DNA of 64,000 nucleotides from Hydrolagus colliei. Its lineage: Eukaryota. The position numbers and the translations under genes are program-made. This document shows positions 1 through 12,744 of the stretch, in pieces (the stretch's first letter is position 1; the number at the start of each line of letters is the position of its first letter). The notes beneath the pieces were generated by a model. That model searched no databases, was not told where the DNA came from, and was given only the letters and a program-made list of their open reading frames with translations. The stretch covers positions 3,534,001 to 3,598,000 of the forward strand of contig CM068757.1 of NCBI GenBank assembly GCA_035084275.1, in the 5' to 3' direction.

Positions 1-1080
1 CTACGTCAAATGCAAAAGTGAAACAAAAAAAAAAATGTATGCTTTAATTTTCCAAAAGGCAGCCTGTTCGATGTGCACAAGGCGAGGACAGTGAAAAGGT
101 TTGTACTGCTGCCATCTTCTGGACAGTACAGCAATGCATCTGCATTCAACTCCAACTCAAATCAGTCACCAGAGGGGTAATAAACGATTCCTCCAAAGCA
201 ATAAATTACATTATATAGATATTGTGAAACTTTTAATGTCATGCACTTCAAGTATAATCAAGAGGCTAGCAATGAAAGGGCAGGGATTAACTTCAGAGCA
301 CAGTCTAAAATTAATATTTATTGCGTTCAGTGTCTGGAATTCTAAATGGGTGTTAGTGTGGTGTTGAACTCCCACTTCACACTTTGTCTCACTCGTTCGA
401 GTTGTTCTGCTTGAAAATGTAATAACAATTGCTAATCGGTTATAATCCTGTCAGGTAAACACAAACTAATCACAAAATTAGGTTCAATGTCATCTACAGA
501 TCAGTTTCACAATACGTGCAAAAGAAAAAACATTTGAAGTAATAAAGTTGAATTTAAACTGTTATCTTGATGAATTAACCAAGCAAAGTATGAGTTCACT
601 TGTGTTGGGATTTCCGATCTCGAGAGTTCAAAATAATGACCCCAAAATCCTTGATAAAGGTATGGTGATTTAATGATTATAAGCAATTTTAGAATGAAAG
701 AATAAAACAATCATACTATCAGTTCTATGTAGAATACAATTCTGGATTCAGGCTGTTACACCATAGGCTGTTACACCAGGTTCAGCCTTCTCACAATACT
801 CATTCCTTCTAACTTTCCTTCTCTAACTGACCCTTCTCTGCCTATAAAACAAAACAGCTGGAACCATGACCTTTTCCAGGAGTTCTGGACAACAGTGGCA
901 GGCTGGAGATCTCGGTTTACCCTGAGACATTAGCATTTTTTGGTTATGAATCAAGCTGAAGGGAAAATAATGAACACTTTGCTGTCGCAACCGGTTACTT
1001 TCTGAAAGCCTTCAATTCTTTCAGGTTTGAAATCTTACCAGATACTGTTTGTCTGCAGGGTAACATCAGCAAAATCAACA

Positions 1081-1325
1081 TAATAATAATAATAATCCTT
1101 GCATTTGATATAGCACTTTTCCCATCTTCCAGACGTCTCAAAGCGCTTCACAGAATATACTGTAAAGTGAATTGACTGTATAATCCTTGATTTAATATAG
1201 TGCTGTCTCGTCAAGATGTCCTGAAGCTTGTCACAGGATTTTACTGTGAAGTGTAGTGACTGTGTATTTAGACTTGAACACAGCAGCCAATTTGGGGCCA
1301 GCAACAACCCACAAACAGCCATGGA
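1081..1325 (-). mobile_element. Two adjacent SINE 3' fragments (young (TTA)n-tail copy 1081-1182, older copy 1183-1325)
   Basis: Reverse complement gives cagtcaattcactttacagtatattctgtgaagcgctttgagacgtc...tatcaaatgcaaggattattatta, as in many other copies in the window. Confidence 0.85.
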
Positions 1326-1629
1326 GTGTAAAAGCAAAGTGCACCAACCTTTCAATTCCATGGACATCTCCTCATTCACTTTGTAAAGGCAGAAATAACA
1401 TTTGTAGATTGACTCTGTTTGAATAACAAATCTGAAAGCATTACGTTAACGAATCCTAGTTTTAAAATATATATTTTAAGATGTGCACAATTTACGTAAT
1501 GAAGTATTTATGATTGTAAAATGATGGTAGTACAAATACCGTATTAATTACCATTACAGAATTTTTTATAAAAATCAAAAAGGATATGAGCTTAATATCT
1601 TTTCCTGTTATACATGATACATGATATAA

Positions 1630-1862
1630 CATTCGTCCACACAATATACAGTCAATTCACTTTACAGTGTATTCTGAGAAGCACTTTGAGACAACAACAC
1701 CAGTAAAATTACATTTATTGAGCGCCTTTCACATCAGAAGAACATTCCAAGACGCTGAACAGTCAGCGGTCGGGACCTGAGCTTGGAGGAGAGGCAGGGT
1801 AGGAGGGATGTGAGGGAGAGAGGTGGGAGGATGCAATATCAAATGCAAGGATTATTACTATC
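1630..1862 (+). mobile_element. SINE 3' part interrupted by an antisense L2 3' end (~1693-1832)
   Basis: SINE body stops at gcactttgagac, then aacaacac...aaattacatt...gcgcctttcac and G-rich L2 UTR, then SINE tail atatcaaatgcaaggattattac resumes. Confidence 0.8.
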
Positions 1863-2813
1863 ATCACAGTCAATTCCTGATAATGCAACCCCAGCAATAT
1901 CCTGACTGAATTTATTTATACATATGGCTAACTTTTCCCTTGGAGCAAGCAGGTGTCAGGTGTCTCTGTTCTATGTTTAAATCAGTTATTTTTGACTCAT
2001 TTTATCTTTGCCCACCCAGCTTGGGTGCCCAGCTGGTATTGTGAAGCGCTTTGGGCTGTCTTTCTAGCATGAAAGATGTTAAAGAAATGTAAATTTGTAT
2101 TGTATTTTTCGTATTGGAAAGTGGAACCAAACCCTGCGGTTAAATGGTATTCAAACCATCAAAATTGGACACAATTCGGGAAGGGTTATGAATAAGTCTG
2201 AATCTTTCTTATTGCGAATCACAATGCCATTGAGTGCTTATCCTCTCCACAAAACTCTTAGGATTACCTTGGCAGTTTGTCAAACTCGAGGGTTTGAAAG
2301 ATTCTCTCTTATTACAGTTATTATAATAAAACCCCTGTGGCTGAGGCATTGATATAATGTTATTGGAAAATGGTACATCTTCAATGCTTCTTGTTCACAA
2401 ATGGCATAGCTGTGGAGAAACCCTGTCATTTGCTTCCTTTGCTGATCATCCCCTCTTTACCTGGCAAACACATGAAAATAAATACACTATAAATAGCGAC
2501 ATAGGCAAGACCTCACTGGAATGATGAGAGCAAGCCACCAGCTGTGTGAAGTAAACTGAAATATAATGTCTGTGCAGGGACCTGAAAGCAGATATAAAAT
2601 GCTGGGCTGAAAATGTTTTTTTTTTGCTGAATATCTCACAAACACCCAGTGGGGCAGAGGGAATGAGCACATAATAAATAATAATAACGATGATAAGACG
2701 AAGGATGCTTCTAATTTCAAAGAGTTGCCCATAGCATTCAAAACACCCGAAAGAACTTCATAGAACAAATGCTGAATAGTGACTGTGTGTTTATCGGCAG
2801 ATGCAGTAGCCGC

Positions 2814-2895
2814 CAACAACAACAACAACAACAACAAAATACATTTGTAAAGTGACTTTCGTGTCGGGAAGACATCCCAAAGTGCTGGACAGTCA
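2814..2895 (-). mobile_element. Short L2 LINE 3' end with (TTG)n tail
   Basis: (caa)n aatacatttgtaaagtgactttcgtgtcgggaagacatcccaaagtgctgg matches other L2 tails here. Confidence 0.8.
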
Positions 2896-3455
2896 CGGAT
2901 AACCATTCGAGCACAGCCTAGACAGACGATTCTCTGGCAGATTGAGCCTGCTGTCGACACACACATGAAATATTGTAGCTCTGTTTAACAGGCTAGACAG
3001 GAAAACCAGCTCATGCTCACAGACTCAGTAATAACCAGAGCAATTAAGATTATTGGATTGCAACCGCTTACTCCAGGTCAACTCATCGGGGGCAATTTTT
3101 TTGCGATGAGTGATCAAGCCATAACCCTGTACAGCTGGCCTGCGAGCGTGAACCAAACTGCCATTGCCGACTTCTAATGTCCGCGTCATAACCGCAAGGC
3201 TGCGGATACGAGGGATCTAAGACTCAGCAATTCAGGGCAGTCGGCGATCGTGATCCGTGGCGGGTGAGTGGTGAGCAGCCCGCAGATTCAATTAACGTCA
3301 GGCACGTGGAACATGAGCCACAACCTGATTTTAATTTGATTCTTTATTTTGCAATGGTTCGGAGAGAAAAAAAAATGCGTTTGGTAATTGACTTTCTCAC
3401 CTCTCGATGGCGTTTTCATTCCGACAAAACTAATGCATTGAAACCTCACAGTGAA

Positions 3456-3838
3456 GTCCTGTAGCTCAATGGTTGGAGCACTTGCCTTACAACAACAACA
3501 ACTTCGATTTATATAGCGCCCTCCATGCCAGACGGCGTCTCAGAGCGCTGAGACCTGTGTTTGAATCCAGGCAGGTCGGGGCGAAGCCTTGGGCAAGTTT
3601 CTTTACACCACAGCCTAATAATAATCCGTCCAAAAAAAACAAAACAATAAAATTGGTCATTTCAATCCACGACTGTTTGTGGGACACAACTGTGCACAAT
3701 TGGCTGCCGTGCTTCGCCCACAAGGATACAGTCAATTCACTTTATACAGTAATATATTCTGTGAAGCGCTTTGAGACGTCTAGAAGATGTGAAAAGCACT
3801 ATATCAAATGCATGGATTATTATTATTATTATTATTAT
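3456..3838 (+). mobile_element. Near full-length tRNA-derived SINE with (TTA)n tail and nested LINE tail at ~3489-3549
   Basis: A-box gtagctcaatggttggagca, B-box-like gtttgaatcc, Deu-like body gactgtttgtggg...aattggctgcc, 3' stem-loop and tta repeats. Confidence 0.9.
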
Positions 3839-4282
3839 CTTGCATTCCAAATTAACCATGAGCTGATGAGTCAGAGTTAACGGATGAATAGACAGGCTGT
3901 GAGTTTCACCCCACCAAGAGTCCAGCATGCATTCCCAAAGCTATTTGTAATTTCAGTGGGTAATGGGGTCAACTTGGCTTTCACTTTGTGTTTCCTTCAC
4001 ACAAATGAGCAAAGTTCTCTGTGGTTATTGAAATAGTTTCCACACGAGGTAAGATACCAGGCTGTGAGATGCTCAGAGACTTGTTTTGTTTGGATTTGAG
4101 AGATGAATGGTGTGATTATCATCTACTTGCTCCGTGTGTATAATTGTATTTAAGGCAGATTTTGTTTCCTCCTAATTGTGGGAAAGGGCAGTACTGAGAA
4201 GTAAATTGGGAGCTCTGTTGAATGGAAATCCCAAGACCTGGTAATCCCAGGTCTGACACATTAGACTATAGTGTGTTGAATC

Positions 4283-4345
4283 AACACTTGTCCAAAATGT
4301 GGACCTTATTGAGGAACACTAAGGTCCACATTTTGGACATGTGTT
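4283..4345. repeat. Inverted repeat, 26-bp arms with 1 mismatch, 11-nt loop
   Basis: aacacttgtccaaaatgtggacctta / ttgaggaacac / taaggtccacattttggacatgtgtt. Confidence 0.95.
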
Positions 4346-6444
4346 TTTAAACAGTCTGAAAAGTCTCCTCCCTTGGTTCTCTAAATGCACTGCGTACAGT
4401 TCATCCTCCCCTCCAGCCCTTCCCATTACAGATACCACAAGCCAATTGAGCCTGGAAGTCTAGGATTTTCTGCTGTGTCTATTAGTGTATGTAGCCTTTG
4501 TTACTCCTGGAGTCAGGGACCACATTACCTGATTAAGTAAGGTGCTGCTCTGTATACTCTAACCTACTCTGAATGGTTCCATAATAGTCAGTGAATTCCA
4601 TGATCACCAGGCAGTGAACTTGCCACTGAACGGAGATGGCAGCATTCCCACACACACACTGATATTAGTTGCAAAATATGGCAAAGATACCATTTAGAGA
4701 CCCGGATTTCTGAGACTCAGAAACTAACCTCCTCGGTGACTACACCAAAGATTTCCAGCTCAGCTGCAGGAAACAAGTGCAGTCCTCCCAGGATCCCAAC
4801 TATTCTGCGAAGTACACAATCACTTTGAGGTCAAAGTGACAACAATTTGAGACAAAGAATACGACTCATACTCTGCTCATGTTCCCAGGAATGAACGCAG
4901 TCCATGCGGAGTATTTCCGGATGAAAGCAATTCTTGAACTGTTGCTTATATCAAATGGTAGGGAGTGAAATTACCATCAATGAACTTGGAAACATCGTGC
5001 GTTCTATCTGTTACCAGACAGTTGTTTGGTACCACTCAATTGGTTAGACATTATGTAAAATTTAGTGTGGATTAAAACGGGTTCACCTTGTGTAGAACCG
5101 TTGTATTCTTTCAAGATTAAACATTGGATGATTTTTATTTTTCAATTGCATTTAATCATTACAATGATGGCACCAATTTAGGCAGAATCGTGGCGTTTAT
5201 TGCGATTGAATAAAGGGCTGCGTTTCACTCTCCGATGTGGTGAAGTTAACAACACCCCATAAAACAAAGGAACAGGTCAGCAGCTGCGTATGCGGACGGT
5301 TTGAATTATGTGGAGAAAAGTCTGGATTCACAAAGAAAGAAAATCAACGAGCATGGGCAAGTCAAGAAAAAAAAATCACTTAAATAAGACAATGATGCAC
5401 AGACAACTGCCCTTGGCTTGTTGAAAGTTATGAATGGCAATAAATATTTTGAGAAAAAAAAGATTAGGGCTTGTTCTTTCCATTGATGATGGGGAGAGAG
5501 AGAAAAATGGAAACTGGAATAGAAACAAGGTTTCCAACAAATCCAAACATATGGCGAATACTAAACAATTACTGTATAAGAAAATGCAACAAAAACCTGT
5601 GAACACTTTACGGGACCCCATAACCGATTTCTAAATAATGTCCAAGTGGCAACCAGCCTGGCAGTATTTATATGAGTGGCAACATGATATTTTCCCTTTC
5701 ATTATGTGACATTAAGTTCAGAACTCAGAATGCCTGATTAGCAACAATGATTAGAGTAATTGTACGGGTGGATCTGTTTACTGTCCCGGTGATGTTTGGA
5801 AGCAGCCTTGGGCAAGAATCTTTTCTAAACAAGACATTGTGTTCAATCACCTGGTTTGTGCAAAAAAAAATGATAAATACATATATGGAAATGGTTTAAA
5901 GCGATACACTGCAACCCACTGTGCTTTTGGCATTGCAAGTAAAGAAATCAATACAGCACGTGTCGCTAGAGTGTATTACAAGAGATGAAATACCATCTTA
6001 TTATGGTTGTGTGTAATGTAGTTCTTTTGACCTCGTTGAAATTGCTTCTGATCCAATGTTTTTGCCTTTCAGGAAAATAAGCACACAAACAGTTACATAC
6101 AGAGTATCAGCCTGTCGGAGGGACAGAAATTACACGAGTTAAAAATAGGACTTTCATTTCTCTCTTTGCGAAATAAGTGGTACAACAAGGGCTTAGCAAT
6201 GGGAAGCGTTCAGAGGAGCGGGCAGTGCAGAAAGTGAGTTTGGTGTTATAAGCCAACTGAACAGGGAATTCTACTATTCTCCTCAACATACGAAGCAGAG
6301 TACACATGAGAGTATTTAACCACTGTCTGAGTCAACAGTGAAAGCACGATGCATGTGCAGAGTACTGTACTATTGCATTGGCAGTGTTCCACTGTTTGAT
6401 TATTGAAATGGCATTTGCTTCTACTGCACCTAAGATAATAGCAG

Positions 6445-6887
6445 ATGTCTCCCTGGCTCAGTTGTTGGCATTCTCTCCTCCTAGTATGAAGGTTGTAGGT
6501 TCGTCCCTACTTTCGGACGTAGAACTCACACCGTCTAAGCTGACGTTCCAATGCAGTGCTGGAGGTATTCTATATTGTTAGAGGTGACATCTTTTTGGCT
6601 GAGACGTTAAAACGAGGTCTCACCTGCATGTTCTGCTTGATGCTAGAGATTCCATGCTAGTATTTGGAAAAGGGAAGGGAGTTTCTCCTGGTGTCCTGAC
6701 CAACAATTCCCCGGATAAAATTGATAATTCATTTTATGGCTGTTTTATTCCTCACAAACTGGCTGTTGAATTATCCTACAAAATATGCAGTCACTACGCA
6801 GTCACTTCACAGTGAATTCTGTAAAGTGCTATGGGACATTCTCCCATCATTAATGGCGCTATACAATTGTAATTTGTCCTTGTTGTT
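6445..6887 (+). mobile_element. Old full-length DeuSINE (SacSINE1/AmnSINE-like)
   Basis: tRNA head tggctcagttg...ggttcg, Deu-domain-like gaggtgacatcttt..gctgagacgttaaaacgagg and gggagtttctcctggtgtcctgaccaac, tail gtaaagtgctatgggac...ggcgctatacaa. Confidence 0.75.
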
Positions 6888-8489
6888 TTGAAAGAAGAAA
6901 ATTGCAAAACATGTGACTGGTGAAAGTGACTGGTGAATAGTAGTTGAATGTGATTCTTTGTCCGTTAATTATTATCCAGGCAAAGGTGAACAAAAATATT
7001 TTTGTTTGTCATGAAAACTGTTTAAACAATTATTTCCAATATTAAAAACAATGATTTTCCAAATCTCATCAACCTGATATTTGATTGTAAATTTTATGTC
7101 CTATTTATTTATGCGTCGTAAAATTGGAATTTTAAGAGATATCTAAATCCCTGTGAGTAAGCACAAACTCAACAGGTCCCAAATGAAGTTTAAACTTGAA
7201 ATACATTTTTTTCACAGCAGTGAAAAGATATTTCTCTATCTTTTTATTACTTTATTACCTTGGGATAACTTCTTGTAGTAAATAAAAAATAATCTGCCCA
7301 TTTCACTCCTTTCTCCATACCTTCTTAAATATATATTTTCTCCATTTAACTTACCCTACATTTTAGTTACATGTCTTAAAATTAGGATTCAAAAAGTACA
7401 CAAATAAAATTAGCATTGCAACATCTGTCTATGAGGTAGATAACTGGTATGAAACAATATATTTATAAAGAGCTCATTTGTTGGTTGACTTCAACCTGAA
7501 TTTCGCAACCAGGTCAGCAAATATAAAATAAGCATTTAAAGTCAATCTACCCACACACAAGTGTTCTTTCCTTTAGACTAGCCTGTCTCTCAGACAGCTC
7601 GCTGGACCTTTTAGAATTATTTGCTGAAGCTCTATAATTAAAAAGGTAACATTTATAGTTTACTTTCCAAGGTAAAAAGCGAGAGAACTCTAAGGAAGCT
7701 AATAAGTGTTCATTTTCCTGGAACTCAACACTCATTCCACTGTCACTGTCCCAGAAACCAGATTTACTTCTGACCTTAGGCTATTTGAGATAGAATAATT
7801 GTGATAAACATCGAGTTGTAGGAAGGTTTGAGCTGGGGCGTACTGTGAGCTGCAACAACGGAAAGAGTAACCTCAACCCTAACCTGTATCATTACAACTC
7901 TATGGCTATTGCCAAATTGGATCATTATGTGCAATGACCTTCGGCATGAAAATTGACTAATGTTGTTAAAATCCCTAACACCACCAAGTGAAACATAAAC
8001 AACATTTCAAATGTAGCTTGCTAATGAGACCATGTGAATGTGCAAAGGTAAACTGTGTTTGAAATCCCTTTACAATCAGCACATTTAAACAAGGCATTTC
8101 GACAGCTCTTTTCCTCCCAGTTGATGTCATTAATCCTTGTATCTGGTTCTCGAGTGAAGCCGACGAAAAATATCCTCCTGTCTGACATGTGAAACAATAA
8201 CTTTGGACAATCCTCAGCTTCCATCCCGACAAGAGCAAGAGGAAACTATTGGCAGCGGAAATATTACCAATGTCAATTCCAAACAGGTTGCTCCCAACTG
8301 CAAAGCAAACAAATCTGTTATCGAAAATAAAAGGCCAAAAGTATGTATTTCTACACTAGCTCCCCATCCTCCAGTGGATAGAATTAAAAAATTTTGTCCG
8401 CACTTTCAAATTCCTCGGTGGTTTCGACCCACCCCGCCTCTGCGGTCTCCTGCAACTCAACTGACCTGTACACGCTAGCCCACTAACCT

Positions 8490-8640
8490 TCCAAACTCAT
8501 TTGCTATGTCCCCTACCAACTCCACCTCCCCATCGCCTTGATATACTTTTTCCCTCGCTCTCTGGAACACCCATTTCCTGACTACTGCATTTAGAACTCG
8601 ACTTAAAACCCATCTCCTTGACTGTGTTTTCTTTGACTGC
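8490..8640 (+). mobile_element. Decayed L2 ORF2 C-terminal fragment
   Basis: Pyrimidine-rich segment resembling the L2 ends at 18383-18690 and 47510-47900. Confidence 0.45.
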
Positions 8641-9444
8641 CTTTCTAATGCATCCACATTCGTACTGAGTGCATTGCAGAAAGGTGAGCGCAGCCTAAAC
8701 CGCGGCAGGATTTCGGTGTAAAAACATTGGAAAGCTGCAAACAAGACAATTCTCAATTGTGAACCTCACCGCGTTGCGATAAAAGGATCTACACGATCAG
8801 AAAAGCACCGCCAAATCCCCCCAGTTCCAGCTTTCACCATTTACACTCCTAAAGTCAAAAGTCTAGCATTTGTGTTGTCAAAAACGTATTCCAGATGCTC
8901 AGTATTCTGGATAGAATCTTAAAATAATGACTCTCTGTTCTTTCCCATGAAGTCAGTAAACCATAATGATTATGTGAGTCAAAAGCTTTCAGGGAGTTTG
9001 CGTGTAAGAGTGGTGCCCACTCTTGGCCCCTTTGATTTAGCGGTAAACTGTTCAATGCTCTTGTGCTGGTGGTACGAAGGAATTCAGCCCGCTCTAATGC
9101 ATTCTAATAGTAAATAAAGAACTGAGCATTTTCCAGTTGACGTTTGCGAACAGCAGCAAATGGTACTCTGCTGCCAAAAACTTGAATGTGTTCAGCAGCT
9201 TTAAAGTAAGCCCCTTTCGTTAAAAGTGTTACTCAATCAATCTGTTAACAAAAAGTACTGAAAGTATGAAGAATAATTCATACTCCACCACTACGAGCAT
9301 AATAAGTACTCATATAGGAACGTACCGTGTTAACACTGCATCAAACAATATCACCACACTTGTTCAAGTTAATAATAAACTTCCTTTGACTTAATGTTGT
9401 GCCTCATCATTGAAATGTCTCAAAGCCCTAGAAAGTATATTTGT

Positions 9445-9670
9445 AAGCAAATGTGGCAGCCAAGTGCACACAGCAGTGTCCCACAAACAGGCGTGAAGTC
9501 AGTGACCAATCTTATCTCCTTCGATGCAGTGTCCCCCCCCCCCCCAGCAGGGTATTGGTGTGTCAGCCTAGACCATGGTCTCAAACTCAAAGCCCCAAGG
9601 TGGGACTTGAACCCGCAAACCTTCCAATTCAGGAGCAAGAACTTCTACCAACTTAGCCAGACTGATATCT
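9445..9670 (-). mobile_element. DeuSINE-like copy with internal deletion
   Basis: gcagccaagtgcacacagcagtgtcccacaaacag body and gtgggacttgaaccc...ctaccaacttagcca head on the reverse strand. Confidence 0.75.
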
Positions 9671-10559
9671 GAATGAGATAATAGTTTATACAAATCTTTC
9701 TTTAAGCCGAGGGTAGCAATACTCTGTTTAACCAGATGGAGGAGTCTGCCTATCAAAACAGACCAGCATCTCGACACCGTCTTATTTCCCATGTAGTCTA
9801 AATGAGAACCTTTCTGTGATGGCAAGATCAATTATTTATTGTTTTATCTCATTTAGTGAGCAAACGTCAAGCTGATTCAACTCTGCAGGTTTATTTCTTC
9901 ACCAAATAACAAGCTACCGCGCACAGGAATTTATTGCCATCAGGTCTATAAAAAGCAAAGAGAAAAAATAGGCAACTAGCACAGATATTGCAGTAATATG
10001 TATCTATAAATAAATTCAAAAGATCTCAACATGTCTTTTTCCGAGCATTGGATTCCCGGAAAACATGCTTGAGGGTTCTCAATCTACGTCACATATCTAT
10101 AACAAGTATAATTTGAGTTGACTGCTATATGGATCATGTAGACGTGGATGAAAAGCACTGTATTAAAAATTCTGGTTTGAATTATTTTAAGGCGGATTTT
10201 GTTGAACCCAATTGACTAACTCCTATGAATACCTTTCAATTCGTGCGCTGCTATTTTCTATTTGCACATCCTTTCCAAATCAGCATAAATGAGTTGGAAA
10301 TATTTTGCTCTGCCAAAATCATACAATAATAATAATCCTTGCATTTAAGATCGAAACATCTCAAAGCGAAGAGCTTTGAGATGTTTCGATCTTTCGAGCA
10401 GTAATGGTGTCAAGCGTAGTGACATGTTCGCTTGTCGACAAACATGGCAGCCATGCAAGATTATAATATTATAATTGTTGCCCGGTTGTGTGTGATAGGT
10501 CGAAGTTCGCAGATAACTGAACGTTTTTGCGATTACAAAGCTAATAAAGTACCCAAAAA

Positions 10560-10630
10560 ACAACAACAACCAACAACAAAATTACACTTGTAGAGCGCCT
10601 TTCACGTAAGCAGGACGTCCCAAGGCACTG
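10560..10630 (-). mobile_element. Short L2 3' end
   Basis: (caa)n aattacacttgtagagcgcctttcacgtaagcaggacgtcccaaggcactg. Confidence 0.85.
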
Positions 10631-11242
10631 TGGCAGCGCAATCCCAGATCTTTCAATTACTTCTTATCGATAGACAGATTGGATAACGCATTAGCAGGTT
10701 CGCCTGACAAAACTAATTTTCAGTTCCATGGAGATTCAGTTGTTTTATGATTGTTTTATTATCAACCAGTTATCACAACAGGTTATCAGCTATGGGGAAT
10801 GGAGCGTGCTGATGGAATAGGCTTACACAAGGGCAGCAAAAGCCAGCAACAAACACTACAGTGTTCATACAATTTCTCAATTACTAGACCCGGAAGTGTA
10901 TGCTGAAAGTCGTGTGGCTGAAAGTGAGCAGTTATTGATCAGACCTGCAGGTTTCTGTGTTCTCTGATGAGTTTGACTGGTATCAGTCAAAATGTTTTGA
11001 TGAGGTTCACTGCCTTCTCCAGATTGCAGGAATCCAATAAACCATTTCCTGCACTTCCCACTTAAGGATGCGCCATCTCAAGCCATGAAAACATTCATGT
11101 GACTCAGGGGAGCACACACATTGTGAAAAGATTACCCTCAGGAATACTAGTGAAATCGACAGAAATTCCACCAATCCTTACAGAAATCCAAAGTAGCAAA
11201 GTAAATTAATACTTGCACAGGAGCCTGATCTTGGGACCTGAT

Positions 11243-11312
11243 CAGCACCTTGGGATATCATCCTGATGTGAAAGGCGCTCTACAAATGTAGTTTTGTTGC
11301 TGTTGTGTTGTT
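11243..11312 (+). mobile_element. Short L2 3' end
   Basis: cagcaccttgggatatcatcctgatgtgaaaggcgctctacaaatgtagttttgttg. Confidence 0.85.
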
Positions 11313-11389
11313 GATCTTACAAGAATATTCAGACTTGGTTGTACAGTCCAACAAACCATTCTCACAATTCTAACACTTGTTTTCAAATC

Positions 11390-11630
11390 CCTCCAACCTG
11401 CTGTTCCCTCAAAGGACTACCCGCTGCCTCTGCTCGACTTGCTCTGGTCTCCTGCATGTCCTTCATTCCTCCATCAGTGGTCACACTTTCAGTGATTACA
11501 CCTTGAGACTCTGAAGCCACTCTTCCTCTACCACTCCAATTTGCCCCTTCCTTCTCCATCTTCAGATCGCTCCTGAACACCTTCCACTTTGACTGTGTCA
11601 CCTACCCCAGGCTCGGCGTCATGTTCCACC
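11390..11630 (+). mobile_element. Decayed L2 ORF2 C-terminal fragment
   Basis: Similar to L2 end: ctctggtctcctgcatgtcc...ccatcagtggtcacactttcag...ccttctccatcttcagatcgctcctgaacacc. Confidence 0.65.
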
Positions 11631-11639
11631 ACTGTTGTC

Positions 11640-11933
11640 CTGCTGTCCTTTGGATGAGACATTAATCCAAGGCCCTGTCTTCATGCTCAGCTGGACGTTA
11701 AAGATCACCATTCGAACAAAAAAGGAGAATTATTGACTTATCGTTCCTCAGAAAAAAAATTGGTCATTCATCTAATCGTTTTTTATAGGGCTCACCTTAT
11801 TCAAAATTGGCTGCCATGTTTGCCCACAAAACATACTGTTGTTACACTTTTCAATAAAATTTCACGAAGTAGTTTTAGACATCATCCTGACATGAAACTC
11901 ACCATATCAAATGCAAGGATTATTATGATTATT
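11640..11933 (+). mobile_element. DeuSINE-like body and tail
   Basis: tttggatgagacattaatccaaggccctgtc...ggacgttaaagatc, aattggctgcc, atatcaaatgcaaggattatt. Confidence 0.75.
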
Positions 11934-12744
11934 AAAACAAAAATGATCATTAAATTCTTTAAGGCCTAGTTCATTCTTTGATGCTTCCGAATCTGCGAAC
12001 GGCTGAGATTTTAATTGGAATCCTCTCTAAATCTCTTGCCACCCATGACAAGAGAGAGGTCAATTTGAGTATGGGGACCTTGAATGAGAACAATTCATTA
12101 TTAATTAAAAGTAGATGGAAAAATTAAATACTGTATCACTGTCTCCCAAGCAATCAAATTTCAGTTGAAATAGATTCCCTCTGGTGGAAGCACAAGATTA
12201 CATTTTGTTGAACTGTGTGAATGGATGGAAGCATTGAGGCGTATGGTTTCAAGGTACATCTCTTCTTTAAATTGAAAAAGGAAAGGAGTTTCTTATAAAC
12301 CCCTAGACAATGGGGTGTCTACAATCACAATGACTTTGGTTTGAGTCTGACAGCTTGGATCTGAATTTGGTTGCTATCATCTGGACTACTGAGATTTTAT
12401 GCTTAAAACACCCGGACGTTCAGTCTTGAGGCAAAAACAACAACTTATTTTTATATTGCAATTTATAATCATGTAGGGCAGCGTCTTGGAGCGCTTGATA
12501 ATGCCAGAGTCAGGGATAAGGAAGGAAGTGACCCTAAGCACAGTCGCAAGGCAAAGTGTCTTCAGGAAATGAGAATTAAGATTTGATTGTCTATAATATG
12601 TGTCTGATGTAGAGGCGAAGGCAAAATAGTTCATTTTGCCCTTGCAGCATCTTCAAGCGTTGTTGTCAACTTTGATAATGGAACCAAATGATTCTTGGAT
12701 ACTTCTGGAAGTTGGACTAGGAAGAGCGGCTCACTCAAAGATTG

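Noticed and set aside
750-778. 15-bp tandem duplication (similar ones at ~6912-6936 and ~35878-35910)
   Set aside because: Ordinary slippage duplications
2487-3928. ORFs of 135-159 aa and the recurring peptide 'SIHFTVYSVKRFETS..CEKRYIKCKDYYY'
   Set aside because: Translations of SINE/L2 tails and microsatellites, not a protein family
10964-10996. ctgatga followed by hairpin gactg-gtat-cagtc and aaaatgtt, hammerhead-like
   Set aside because: No GAAA, irregular stem II junction and no stem I pairing
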